A stretch of DNA of 63,913 bases, counting the filler, from Octopus bimaculoides (lineage: Eukaryota): assembly GCF_001194135.2 (NCBI RefSeq). It is 9 parts of 8 records of this genome, joined end to end, with 100 filler letters (N's around TTAATTAATTAA, not from the genome) between each part and the next. Parts side by side here need not be neighbours in the genome. Positions count along the whole stretch, not along the records: positions 1 to 8,255 come from NW_026401652.1; positions 8,356 to 12,253 come from NC_068981.1; 7 more parts are not named here. One strand, written 5' to 3'. The notes below the pieces were generated by a model. That model was not told the DNA's origin. It saw only the letters and a list, made by a program, of their open reading frames with translations, and searched no databases. Both the position numbers and the translations under genes were made by a program. Shown here piece after piece: positions 1 through 12,240 of this stretch (position 1 is the first letter of the stretch; each line of letters opens with the position of its first letter).

Positions 1-644
1 GTAGTTTGTATCTAATGGCGGGAGGTAGTTTCACTACATATATATATATGAATGTGTATTGTGTATGTATATGTTTGTGCACATGTGTGTGCATGTATAT
101 GTGTGTGCATGTGTATGTAGTGAAAAAAAGAGAGTATGGTAATCAGGCCTTTTCCTAGAATAGTGTTGTCGTACGTAGTTGACTAAATATTTCTCTACTG
201 CCCTATGAAACTTCTGTCGGTACACTAACAGAACTTGTATGAAACATACACACATATCCTAATTACTTGGTAAACGATACCAACAGCGAGATAGGCATCT
301 AATGACACGTAAATATGTCATTTGCTTTGTTATTAGACCCAGAACAGTTGAAGTTGAAGGTTAAGTTTTGATAACCGGGTTAATTCAAGATGTTTTAATG
401 ATGCAGTGACGTCAGAACTTTAATCATCACCATTATCATCATTGTCGTCTTCATCATCATCATCATCATCACCATTATCATGTCATTATCGTCATCATTA
501 TCATTAGCAGTAGCTGTGACAACAGTAGCATCGGTGAGCCGAACAAGGGAGCGTCTACATAAGTCATCAGCAAACTGCGGTCTGCTTTCTTTTATTTTGT
601 AATGATGATGAACCATGTCTCATGCGACCCGCTACTCGAAAAAG

Positions 645-1021
645 GGCGATCTTTCGGTACGATTACTTAAATATCGGCCTTTTCCGTAAAAAGTGTCTTC
701 GGCGATCTTTACCAAAGATCAGCCTTTTCCGTAAAAAATGTTGGAGAGAAACAGGGAAACGATGTCATAACAGCGAAAGACATACAGAGAGCGCGATTTA
801 TTTTGAAGGGGTTAAGGTTAGGTTTACGGTTCGGGTTTTAGGGTTTGCGTTAGGGAATTCCGTCCGTAACCGTAACCCTAACCCTAAACACTAACCCTGA
901 CCCTAACACCGTAGTGAAGATCGTGCGGGTGTTACGGAAAAGGCCGATCTTTGGTAAAGATCGCCGAAGACACTTTTTACGGAAAAGGCCGATATTTAGG
1001 TAATCGTACCGAAAGATCGCC
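645..1021. mobile_element. Non-autonomous DNA transposon (MITE), Merlin-like: ~90-bp TIRs, 8-bp TSD
   Basis: Left end GGCGATCTTTCGGTACGATTAC... is the reverse complement of the right end over ~90 bp with 2 mismatches. Flanked by the direct repeat CGAAAAAG (637-644, 1022-1029). The core has GGTTAGG/CCCTAACC motifs. GG termini with an 8-bp TSD fit Merlin-type elements; the superfamily call is inference. Confidence 0.85.
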
Positions 1022-1124
1022 CGAAAAAGGTTACCAATGCCTGCTCTACATGGTGGCTTGGCCTGCAAATATTAACAGTTGAATCTCCCTGGAAACTTTT
1101 CTTACCAATCTGGTTTTAAATTTT

Positions 1125-1480
1125 GTCATAAAGCCAATCATTTCATGGGTCGGATACATCGATCCCAGTACTCAACTGGTAATTATTTTATCCACTCCGA
1201 AAGGGTAAGTGGCAAAGTTGACCTCGTTGAAATTTGAACTCAGATCGTGAAGACGGACGATATTCCGTTGAGCATTTTGTCCGGCGTGCTAACGATTCTG
1301 CCAGCTCGCCGCCTTAACCTGAAATTTAGGGGAGGAGTATAGTCGATTACATCGACCCCGGTATTCAACTCATAACTATTTTATCCACTCCGAAAGAATA
1401 AAAGGCAAAATCGACCTCGGCGGAATTTGAACTCGCTAAGCATTTTTGCCAGGCGTGCTAACGATTCTGCCAGCCGTCTG
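1125..1480 (-). mobile_element. Two adjacent copies of tRNA-derived SINE family A
   Basis: Reverse complement of the family-A sequence at 19260 (GGCGGCGAGCTGG...GAGTTCAAATT...GGTCGA) occurs twice. Confidence 0.75.
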
Positions 1481-4280
1481 CTTTACATTTCTTATCAATT
1501 TACGAACTCATTAAGCCAGTAGAATAGTTAGTGGTGGTGGGGAGTGAGGATGGGGATGCAGACCGAGATGGGGGGTCTGGGCGAATTCAAGTGCTTCCCT
1601 GAGTGGCAAACACACTCTTGCTACCCCCACTGCATTAGGTCAATGTTATTGAATACTTTTAACTTCGTGGTGGTCTGCATAGAGACCAAATAAATTGTAA
1701 CTGACACACTTCTCATGGAAACTTAAATATAAAACAAATGAAAAAATATGAGCAACGATTGTTTCCTTGTTTTATTCCTCATAATTGTGTATTACAAAAT
1801 TATTACACATGTTTTAAATATCTGTATATGCATTTCCTAATCTATTAAAATTACATTGTTGGAAATTCGAGGCGCACTTAGTCACCATATGGCACACACT
1901 TTGAAAATCGTTGCATTAGCTTATAGTAACGCCGTGCGCATGCGTAGTCTCACGCATGCGTGGAATTCAACATACCAAGCTTTCCCGCTTTGATATGTCT
2001 CTTTCTTGCTGGCCAGCGATTGAGCAAGGACGTGTTTAGCTGTCTCTCTCCATCTTTCGAACTTACGCTAGACAACTCGCTCACATCTACATACCAACGT
2101 CCCAACAACCATGCTCACACACACAGAAGCTGTAACAACAAACAAGAGCTAAAGATGTATATATTTACCACCTGAATAAATGTTGTTTGTGTTGATAGTC
2201 TGGAGTTCAGCGTTCCGTTAATTCTTAATTTTATATAGGAAAGTCAGGTATACATCTAATGATGTATAACCCACTTTCCTATAAGCTAATGTAGTCGGTC
2301 TTACGTACCATTAAAAAGTTTGGATTGTTACGACTGGGATGTCATTGATTATTCACGTTTGTTCAATCAGAATAGACCCAGAGTTAAACATCAACAATGA
2401 CGATGACGACAATAACCACGACGAAAGTGGCCGTAACTGGAGACAGCCGCCGAAGAGGCGAAGGCAGCAGCAGCAGCAGTTTTGTTTTGTTCATACAGAC
2501 TGATCATTTCCATATATGGAGAAAATAGGATGGAAAGCTTTAATGCTATGCACTCCCGATTCACGTATTGTGTGACTGTTGAGTCACAAGAGATACATCC
2601 GACAATTGTTATCTATTTTATTTGTTTTCAAGTCCCACAGTCTTGTCTGGTCATCAGCAGGACAAATAAGGATAAGATTTGTTACTAAATAGTGAAATGA
2701 ATGACCTCTTATTTCTATTTGACCTTGGAAAGTGATCCTGGATAAGCATTTTTCAATTATATTAATATTATTCGTCTAGTTCCGTTCGTCTGATTGTCTG
2801 TCTGTCTATCTGTCTATCAATCTGTGTGTCTACCTGTATATCAGTCTGTCTGTCTATCTGTTAGTCAATTTATCTAACACAACCTAAAATAAATCTCGGC
2901 TCGCACTGAAATAGATAGGACAGTCAAGAGTTCAGAAGGTCTAGTCTGCCACGCTTCACTGCATGCAATTAACCACTGCATATCATAGAGCGCAGTATAG
3001 TCTTCAGCAAGGTAGAGATAGGTATATCTGGGTTGCAAAAGGTCGTTCTGTTGACTAACTACATTCCATACATAGGTCTACTCGACCAGAGTAAGAATAG
3101 GGTTACACAACGACAGCATAGGTTTCAACTAACCTTTAGCATGTTCTAACAAAGTAATATCTATGCAGTCGCTTGGCTACCCGAGGATCTGGTAGAAAAT
3201 ACATACTCAAGATAAAGTGCAATGGAATCGAGCCCGAACTCAAGTAGTTGCGAAATGGACTTCTTACTTGTACAAATCATACCAGTGATTATTTGGGAAT
3301 TAAACACCACTACCATCACTACGAATAAAAACAACAGAAGCAGCAGCAACAATAGAAATAGCAACAAAAGCAACAACCACAACAACAAAAGCTTTGTCTA
3401 AGTTACTAATATCAACATTTGAAATATTCTTTTTTCTTTTTATTCTTAGCTTTCCCTTTTCTCTTCAATTTCTTTTCCCATCATACACCTTTTAATATTC
3501 AATCCACGTGTCTCCCGGAGTTTGTAAACTACTGAGTAGGCGGGGAAAAAAATACGGAAAGACCTTCGTTATTAAAAATAAAAGAAGAATAAAAGTTTAC
3601 TTTATTGGTTTACGTGAAGCAGGTAACAAAATAGTTGGCTTTACGCTCAGAGCATAAATTATACTAGACTCAAGAGATAATGTAACTTGTTCAAGATAAA
3701 TAATCAATGAAAGATTCGAAGTTTGTTTCACTTTATAAGAAAGGGTAAAATGACATTTTCATATATAATTACAATAGTAAATTTCAGTGACCCACTGAAT
3801 TTTTCGAACACCATTAGAAACTTTTATTATCATGAAGAACAATGGTTCTCAGCCGGGGTTCACATGGCCCATAGGTGGGTGGGTGGGTGTTAGGGGGTAT
3901 ATAAGATTTCGCTGTTAAAATTTACGTGCATTGAAATAGGTATACTTCTACAGTACACAAAATATTTTAACAATTTCAATACAATTCCTTATAATATTTT
4001 GTTATAAAAATATAACAGGATTTTTAAAAACATAAAATGGTTATGGGGGTCCAATAGAAAAAAGTAATCAAATAATCCCTATTAATATACCTATGATTTA
4101 TAAATCCTTAATCTTCTCACGTAATCATTACCATGTAACCGAATAAACCTCACCAACAATAATAGGCCCAAAGTAGCCTCACAAACCCTGAAAATAATTA
4201 TTATAATCACCAAATACTCACAATAAAACATCTTTGCTCCCCCTCCCACCCCATCCAGGTCGAAAATCAATACTTTGTTA

Positions 4281-4934
4281 GGATCTATTTCAAAACGGGG
4301 GCACCAGTTTTCATTTATGTTTTATGTAGTGTTTTTGGTACCGAAAGACTTCCAAACTTCGTATACTTATCTATTTTGTGTTATAGAACAGAAAAAAATT
4401 TTTGTATTCGAATTTATTTCATGTAAAAAATTGTCTTATTTCGATAATTTCTACTAATCACTGACGTCTATTCAGTTGAAAACAGTTAGCGCTGTAACGG
4501 TGTATATCGTATTAATCCCCTAACCCTAATCCTAACTAGACTGTTAACCCTAACCCTAACCCTAAAACTAACCCTAACTCTAGAATCCGAACTCTAAAAT
4601 TGTTACACACATAGATACGCACAGCGTAATTTATTACATAAACAATATATGCGTATAAATTACGATTAAACCGGATGAAATATGTCACAGGGAATAACAT
4701 TTTTATGACCGCCCAGCAGTAACTCTATTCAGCTGAATAGACGTCAGTGATTGGTTGAAATTACAGAAATACGACAACTTTAACATGGAATAACTTGCGA
4801 TGTAGGTTTTTTGTTACGAAGACTAAGAGTAAAAGATGTTTTATATGACACATTCTACCAGTGTCCCAAGTTTCAAAGTGTTTCGTTAGTGTTTCGTTAA
4901 GAAAATACTGGTGCCCCCGTTTTGAAATAGATCC
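4281..4934. mobile_element. MITE with 28-bp perfect outer TIRs, an inner inverted segment and an 8-bp TSD; Merlin-like
   Basis: GGATCTATTTCAAAACGGGGGCACCAGT at 4281 and its reverse complement ending at 4934. TSD CTTTGTTA at 4273-4280 and 4935-4942. Inner inverted match around AATCACTGACGTCTATTCAG (~4420-4480 vs ~4725-4790). CCCTAA-like repeats at ~4518-4580. Confidence 0.9.
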
Positions 4935-4949
4935 CTTTGTTAGTCATTT

Positions 4950-5590
4950 TAAATCTCACGCTGGCTTGTTAGGACATTGTGGTTCTTATTAAAACCCACA
5001 ACTTTCCGCCACTACTGAAAGCACATTGCACTTCTGTTTCCGTGCTTCATAAATTCCTTTAGTCATTTCGTACTTCAGGCCCTTTATTTCTTATGCTCAC
5101 TCTATATTGCTTCTCCAGGGCACAACCAACTCAACAACCAAGATTACTTTTGTCAAATCAGAGCATGCCATAAGCTCAAGGATATTGTTTCATTAAGGCA
5201 ACATGGCTTGGAAAATCGAGCTGTTTCTTCAAAGTTACCTCCATCTTCCAGTTATCAGCGCCAATCATCAGAGGGCTGGCGTTTTGGTTTTCTTTTGTTT
5301 ACACTCCAGTGTTGTCCATTCTTGACTTCCATGTGGACAATAACTGAGTGCAACTTGCTATTGGTTCTCATTTGCATTGCCGCTTCTGCATAATGCATCA
5401 ACAAGGGAGCTCGAATACTGTTTTATCACAGTTCAAGGAATGACTTGTATGCATAAACGATGTGCAACCTCAGACCAAATAACAACTAGCAATGTCACTC
5501 CAGCTGCACCTGGTATTGGTTTGGAGATATAAGTACATCATACACTGCTCTCAGAAGGAATCATGACATTTTCCACTGTATATTTCACGC
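4950..5590 (-). mobile_element. Decayed 3' part of a REL-endonuclease LINE (HERO/R2-group-like)
   Basis: Frameshifted minus-strand translation gives ADNWKMEVTLKKQLDFP...DLTKVILVVELVVPWRSNIE*A*EIKA, resembling the PD-(D/E)xK REL region (PD...VELTVPWE.NIE.A.ERK..KY) of HERO-type elements. Confidence 0.55.
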
Positions 5591-6419
5591 TTATTAGTTT
5601 CTTAACCTTACTGTCTCAGTCGCATACCTCTCCATTTGAAAAAGATAAAGTTTTTTTTTATTAGAAATATTTCACTTGCCTTTGTAATTTTGGCAGCACA
5701 TCGATTTGCTCCGCATCCGTTTTGATCAAATGGCGTAGTTGGGGAAGGGGTGCAGTCCGCTCTGGGCGACGCTATTATGAGGGAAGAACTTTTGAGTCTG
5801 TTATATAAACTTGTGTAGGCTTGTGGGGGCGGGGATAGGGCAGAATCAAAGGCTATCTCAGGCGGCACACACTCTAGCTATACAACTACTTCAGACCAAC
5901 CTGTGTGTCTGGCACTGCATTAACCAACTCTCTCGTTAGTCCCTTAACAACTTTATTCGCATTCCATTTCGTTGCTGCCAAATCTACTGGCTGCACCGCA
6001 GAAACGTTGCGATCTACCGAATCTTACCATATCGTGTGGATGCGGTCTTTTACTGCTTTAAACACCTCTGCTAACGATGTTAAGGGCAGCAAGACTTTAC
6101 GCAGCAGCACTAAAATAACCTGATTGCTGTAAAACATGGCGTGAGTATAAGCCATTCTCGTAGGGACTTGCTTATATATCTTTTTTTTTATTATTTTCTT
6201 CCCTCTTGTCAATTCCATACGCTTATTGTGACCGTAAGAACCTCGTTCATAAAAAGACCAACGTTCATAACACCACTCCTTAAACTTCCCGGCCAAACCA
6301 CAGTTGAAGCTAAAGAAATATGTTTGTCATTTTGATGAAATAATTCAGACAGGAAGAAAATATTTGTCTGAGTGTGTATATGTGTGGTATTAATAGGCAG
6401 AGAGGAAATTACACCCCAT

Positions 6420-6476
<57 letters not shown>

Positions 6477-6975
6477 CATGCATGCATACATACGCTCACA
6501 CATCATTCAGGGATAGATAAATACATAGACAGAAACGTACAGATAGACAAACATACAGACAGGCAAACTGGCTGATAAAAAGATAGGCAACGAGCCAAGT
6601 AAAGAGAGAGAGAACGTGAGTGTGTGTGTGTGAGAGAGGGGGAGAGAGAGAGGGGTGGAGAGAGAGAGTTAGAAAGAAAGAAATAAAGAGATGTTATGTG
6701 TGTATTTTGTAACTCCCGAGATTGTTTAACTTTCGATCGGATAAAAGGAGAGCGTGAAATTTTGAAGGAGAGTTTTAATTTAGATTACTTTAAAACGGGA
6801 AGTTTATACCAGAGAACCAGGATCGATCTCAAACAGATTAGCCCCAAAAGGGGTAAACGACTATGGTGTTAGGAAGAATTAGCATTTCTTTAAGGACGAA
6901 TTAGGTAATCAAAAATGTTTGAATGACTCTATTATACACGAATATAGATATCCCGGAAACTGAAAGAAACGCGTC

Positions 6976-7009
<34 letters not shown>

Positions 7010-7013
<4 letters not shown>

Positions 7014-7260
7014 GGAGCATGGCTTTGTGGTTAGGGTGTTGGACTCACGATCGCGAGATCGTGGTTTCAATTCCTAGACCGGGTGGTGCGTTATGCTCTA
7101 GAGCAAAACACTTCATCTCACGCTGCTCTGCGATCATTTCGACACCCGACGCGTGGCACACGGTGCACCTGTTCAGACAACGTCGATTTGATGGAGAGAG
7201 TGAGCTAATATGTGCAGGTCGTTCGGCGAAAGCTGAACGCTCATTCGTCGTCTTCGTTGG
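7010..7260 (+). mobile_element. tRNA-derived SINE
   Basis: Head GGAGCATGGCTTTGTGGTTAGGGTGTTGGACTCACGATCGCGAGATCGTGGTTTCAATTCC with A-box and B-box-like motifs and an anticodon-like hairpin. Confidence 0.65.
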
Positions 7261-7449
7261 GAGAGTCGATTATCGTTAACCAGCAAGTCTTCTTGGGGTT
7301 AAAAAATTGCAATAGAGTCCGTTCGAAGCCATGTTGAAGTCGCTACGAATATTGTCTGTATAACTATTGCCTATTGCGTTGATGTCGAGAGAGACTTTAG
7401 AACTAGCATTTTTGCTCTTATATAAAATTTTATATATATATATATATAT

Positions 7450-7915
7450 ATGCGTATATGGGTACACCAACAGTAAACAACATGAAATACGAAAACAAAT
7501 GAGTTAAATACACAAATAACGAGAGAAAAAAGGACAAGTGATATGAAGAATGACCCTTAATCAATTGTCGGCTGTCTATCTACTCCCCATTTCGAGCAAT
7601 CAACGGCAATATGGGTCTTCGAAGACAGTTGCTCCCATACGTTCCAAAATAAAATTTTGGATTTATAGAGGGTCAAAGTTAGGAACAAAAACAGGACAGT
7701 GGAGACATATAGAAAAACTGAGACCTGAACGAGGGGAAAATAATGAACGCCGAGAGAAATATTTTCTTAGAAAAGAGAAAAGATAGGAGAGATAGGAGGC
7801 GTCCATTCTTTAGAACGTCCGTGCAGGAAAGAAAGATGGTCACGTGAGGAAAAGAAAGATGGATGATGGTCACGTGTGAGCAACGAGAGAGATAAAAAGA
7901 GAAAGAGGGGGAGAG

Positions 7916-7946
<31 letters not shown>

Positions 7947-8105
7947 TAGAAAACGGTGAAAGGGAGAAAAAGGGAATTAGGATGGGGAGAAAAGGGAATT
8001 AGGATGGGGAGAAAACAGTATGGAGTAGAGTCGCATCAAAAAGGTTAAGATAAACTTACTTGGAAATGGATGCGTGGCGTTCAATTAAATGATAATATAA
8101 ATAAG
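7450..8105 (+). repeat. Dispersed ~650-bp repeat, copy 1 (paralog of 58460-59101); possibly derived from a Penelope-like terminal region
   Basis: Colinear similarity to 58460-59101, e.g. CAGTAAACAACATGAAATA, CCAAAATAAAATTTTGGATTTAT, GGAACAAAAACAGGACAGTGGAGA and TGGAAATGGATG. The family origin is inference. Confidence 0.8.
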
Positions 8106-8106
8106 A

Positions 8107-8146
<40 letters not shown>

Positions 8147-8299
8147 CATACATATACATATATATATATACACATATACTTGTATATGTATGTGTATATA
8201 TATTATTTATATATATATATATATACATAAATATAACTAAATATATATATATATANNNNNNNNNNNNNNNNNNNNNNNNNNNNNNNNNNNNNNNNNNNN

Positions 8300-8311
8300 T
8301 TAATTAATTAA
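8300..8311. other. Artificial assembly spacer TTAATTAATTAA inside N gaps (also 12298, 38346, 49737, 53607, 55772, 58393, 61244)
   Basis: The identical 12-mer sits between runs of ~44 N eight times. It is self-complementary and gives stop codons on both strands. Confidence 0.95.
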
Positions 8312-8402
8312 NNNNNNNNNNNNNNNNNNNNNNNNNNNNNNNNNNNNNNNNNNNNTATATATATATATATATATATAAATATATATATATATAGGTCCTA
8401 TG

Positions 8403-8438
<36 letters not shown>

Positions 8439-8459
8439 TTCTATGTAAATATATATGTG

Positions 8460-8680
8460 AAGGCGAGTGGCTGAATTGTTAGGGTATTCGCCTCGTAAGT
8501 TCGATTCCAGGTGGCGCCTTGTGTCCTTGAGCGAGAATCTTCAGTTCATTCAGCTGGTAAAAATATGTTGTATCTGGAATTCAAAGGGCCGGCCTTATCG
8601 CATTCTGTGTCACGCTGAATCTCCCTGTACTCAGAACTTACCCGTAACCTTTGTCGTGGTAAGCGACGGAGTTCCAGGTG
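8460..8680 (+). mobile_element. Internally deleted tRNA-derived SINE related to 30420-30735 and 38540-38710
   Basis: tRNA-like head (GGCGAGTGGCTGAATTGTTAGGGTATTCG...GTTCGATTCC) followed by the shared body TCTGTGTCACGCTGAATCTCCC...GTCGTGGTAAGCGACGGAGT. Confidence 0.6.
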
Positions 8681-8969
8681 CCATGGTATTAGATTTTAAC
8701 TCATACGTGTTGCACTACTTTTTGATATGTGACTAATTACTTTGTTACCAATGTTCAATAGCATGGGTTCACAAAAAAAACATGCACTTAATGTAGAGAA
8801 AAAGTCATTTTTACAATTATTTACTCTTTTACCTGTTTTAGTCATTTGAATCAGGCCATGCTGGAGCACCACCTGTTAGTCGAATAAATCGACCCCAGCA
8901 CATATTCTTTGTAAACCTAGTACTTGTGCTATCGGTCTCTTTTGCGGAACCGTTAAATTACGGGAATAT

Positions 8970-9006
<37 letters not shown>

Positions 9007-9735
9007 NNNNNNNNNNNNNNNNNNNNNNNNNNNNNNNNNNNNNNNNNNNNNNNNNNNNNNNNNNNNNNNNNNNNNNNNNNNNNNNNNNNNNNNNNNNNNN
9101 NNNNNNNNNNNNNNNNNNNNNNNNNNNNNNNNNNNNNNNNNNNNNNNNNNNNNNNNNNNNNNNNNNNNNNNNNNNNNNNNNNNNNNNNNNNNNNNNNNNN
9201 NNNNNNNNNNNNNNNNNNNNNNNNNNNNNNNNNNNNNNNNNNNNNNNNNNNNNNNNNNNNNNNNNNNNNNNNNNNNNNNNNNNNNNNNNNNNNNNNNNNN
9301 NNNNNNNNNNNNNNNNNNNNNNNNNNNNNNNNNNNNNNNNNNNNNNNNNNNNNNNNNNNNNNNNNNNNNNNNNNNNNNNNNNNNNNNNNNNNNNNNNNNN
9401 NNNNNNNNNNNNNNNNNNNNNNNNNNNNNNNNNNNNNNNNNNNNNNNNNNNNNNNNNNNNNNNNNNNNNNNNNNNNNNNNNNNNNNNNNNNNNNNNNNNN
9501 NNNNNNNNNNNNNNNNNNNNNNNNNNNNNNNNNNNNNNNNNNNNNNNNNNNNNNNNNNNNNNNNNNNNNNNNNNNNNNNNNNNNNNNNNNNNNNNNNNNN
9601 NNNNNNNNNNNNNNNNNNNNNNNNNNNNNNNNNNNNNNNNNNNNNNNNNNNNNNNNNNNNNNNNNNNNNNNNNNNNAGCATCAACGAGTGTCAGCGTCCG
9701 ACTGATTGTCATGTCAAATTCCCCTTTTTATACCT

Positions 9736-9910
9736 GCTGCTAGGCTCCAGCAGGCTTCCCCAGCAAGTTGTCACGTGACACTGTCTAAATCTCCCGCTGC
9801 TAGTGTCCAGTAGGCAGCCCCAGCAAGTTGTCACATGACACTGTCTAAACTCCCCGCTGCTAGGCTCCAGCACATAGCCCCAGCAAGTTGTCACGTGACA
9901 CTGTGTAAAC
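9736..9910. repeat. 60-bp minisatellite, ~2.9 copies
   Basis: Units start at 9736, 9796 and 9856: GCTGCTAG(G/T)(C/G)TCCAG...CCCCAGCAAGTTGTCAC(G/A)TGACACTGT. Confidence 0.95.
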
Positions 9911-9957
9911 TTTAACTGACAATGGAGGGCGCGAAACCAATTCAGTGTCAACTTGTC

Positions 9958-10190
9958 TCACCTAGTGATGTTATTTTTCGGCATGTTATGACTTTCAAGC
10001 CATATTTGGTCTTCCCGCTTCAGCCATATATAGAAGCTGGCTTTTTAGACCGCCTCCTGTATCCTCCTTATCAGTTTTCTCAGTTCCGAGCTTGAAAACA
10101 AGCATTTTCTCACTCATCAATGCCCATCTAATCCGTGAATCATCCACGCAGTCATTGCTTATATATCCACTGCATATAGCAGTGTAACGT
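9958..10190 (-). mobile_element. C-terminal end of a HERO/R2-group REL LINE ORF
   Basis: Minus strand reads SELRKLIRRIQEAV*KASFYIWLKREDQIWLES..., matching the (A)EKAS.WIW.KR terminal motif of HERO-type elements; contains an in-frame stop. Confidence 0.55.
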
Positions 10191-11019
10191 TATTGGATAT
10201 ACCAATTTACATATTAAACACATTCCTGGAAATTTCTACATAAAATATTAATGACTTGCAGACTCAGAGTATTTAAGTGATTTAAGAGCACTGCTAACAT
10301 AGTAGTGCACAGTATTGACTTATGAAACATTTTAATATACTGTGTAACATATTATGGTTGTATTACGAAATACCGTGTGCCTACAAGTCCTTAATCTAGA
10401 GATGACAGCTGCAATCTATCAAAGGCACTTTCAGAATATATAGAGCATTCTAGAAATTCAGAATTTAATAAGATCTACATATGCAATAACATCCATATAT
10501 CGTGCATGCTTATACGTATTTATACGTTCGTTGCTACATGTCATTAACGGTGTTGTTTCTTAAATTTTTTTTTTTACATCGTTGACGTGATGTTAGTGTT
10601 TTTCTCTTATTGCTATGTATGAAGTAGCATGGTTTACATATACTTTAGTGTGTGTATGTGTGTGTGTGTGTGTGAGTGAGTGAGTGAGTGTGTGTGTGTG
10701 TGTGTGTGTGTGTTTGTGTGCGTGTGTGTGTGTGTGTTTGTGTGCGTGTGTGTGTGTGTGCGCGTGCGAGTGTTTGTGAAGAAACATTTTGTGTTCAGTA
10801 TAAATTTATAAATTTTAGGGTAAAGTTTTAAATCTGTTCTGGTTTAGTTTTCTGTATTGTATTTGATAATCTATCTTGTTTTTCTCACATAATCTGAATT
10901 TGATATTTAATAGGAAACAGCGGCATTTCTTCTATAAAATTAAGTAAGCAGCAGTTGATCACAGGAATCGATGTAATCAGATAACTCCATTCCTCGAAAT
11001 ATTATTGTTTAAAACGCGG

Positions 11020-11450
11020 CAGCGAGCTGGTAGATTCGTTAGCAAGCTGCGCAAAATGCTCGCGGCATTTCGTCCGTCTTTACGGTCTGAGTTTAAATTC
11101 CGCCGAGATCGACTTTGTCTTTCATCCTTGCGGCGTCGATAAGATAAGTACCAGCTGGTAACTGGGGTCGATGTAATCGGCTTATACCCTTCGCCAAAAT
11201 AACTGACCTTGTGTCAAAATTTGAAAGCAATATTATTGTTTGAAACGAGGTGGTGTGCTGGCAGATTCTTTAGCATGCTGGGCAAAATGCTTAGTGGAAT
11301 TTCTTGTTCAAATCTCGCCGTGGACGACTTTGCCTTTCAATCACCCGGGGTCGATAAAATACGTACAAGTTGAGTCCGGCAGTTTATTTAATCCACTTAC
11401 GCACCTTCCATGAAATTGTTGGCCTTGTGCCAAAATTTGAAACCAATATT
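11020..11450 (+). mobile_element. Two diverged copies of SINE family A
   Basis: GCGGCAGCGAGCTGGTAGA...GAGTTTAAATTCCGCCGAGATCGAC and GAGGTGGTGTGCTGGCAGATT...GGGGTCGATAAAAT. Confidence 0.7.
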
Positions 11451-12207
11451 TAATGTAAAATTTCATGATTGATGATTGGTTTCTAAATTATAATTTCTAT
11501 TTCATTTAACTATATTGTAGTAGAAATATCAGTTGCTTTCTATCCTATTGGTGTACCTCATTAATAATAATATTTATATAATTACAAAATGTACATCAAA
11601 ACTAAATTTTCCAAAGCAAAAATATCACTTGTTTGCTTAAAATTCTCTTGTGAAGAATAACATTTAAATATTACTAAAAGCACGCAGCTTATTGGAATAA
11701 GTTATTTACGTTCGTACCTCTTAATTCACTTACATTTTTTCATACAAACCCATGATTTATACGTAAATTTGAAGCACCTTATCTTCGACTTTAATTCTTC
11801 AATGTACTATGCTGATGAAATCATAACGATATCGAAGCCTGTTTCAACAGATGATATGGAAATAAAAAAAAGAAAAGAAAACAGAAATTATAGAGAATGC
11901 TGCATTTAAACAATATTTGGACATGTACAGTATTTTTTTTTTACATTATACTGACATGGCTGATAAGTAAAAATGTTTCGTTCGTGTCCATGAGGTTTCG
12001 GGTTCGCTTACACAGAATAGTACCTTGGGTAAATGTCTCCCACGATAGCCTTCCGCCAAACAATGTCTTGTTAGTACGTTTGGAAAAGGAAACTATGTGG
12101 AGGCGCTTAAACTATATGTGTGTGTGTGTGCGTGTATGTGTGTGTGTATACAAAACCGTCTTCGTTTTTTGTATTGTTTCTTTTTTTGTAAATTCCAACT
12201 ATGTATG

Positions 12208-12240
<33 letters not shown>

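Noticed and set aside
810-910. TTAGGG/CCCTAA-like motifs here and at 4518-4580, read as interstitial telomeres
   Set aside because: Degenerate and located inside TSD-flanked MITEs.
7550-7620. Hammerhead-like halves in the dispersed repeat (also ~58585-58625)
   Set aside because: The CUGAUGA core is mutated in both copies (TTGATTA, CTGATAA).
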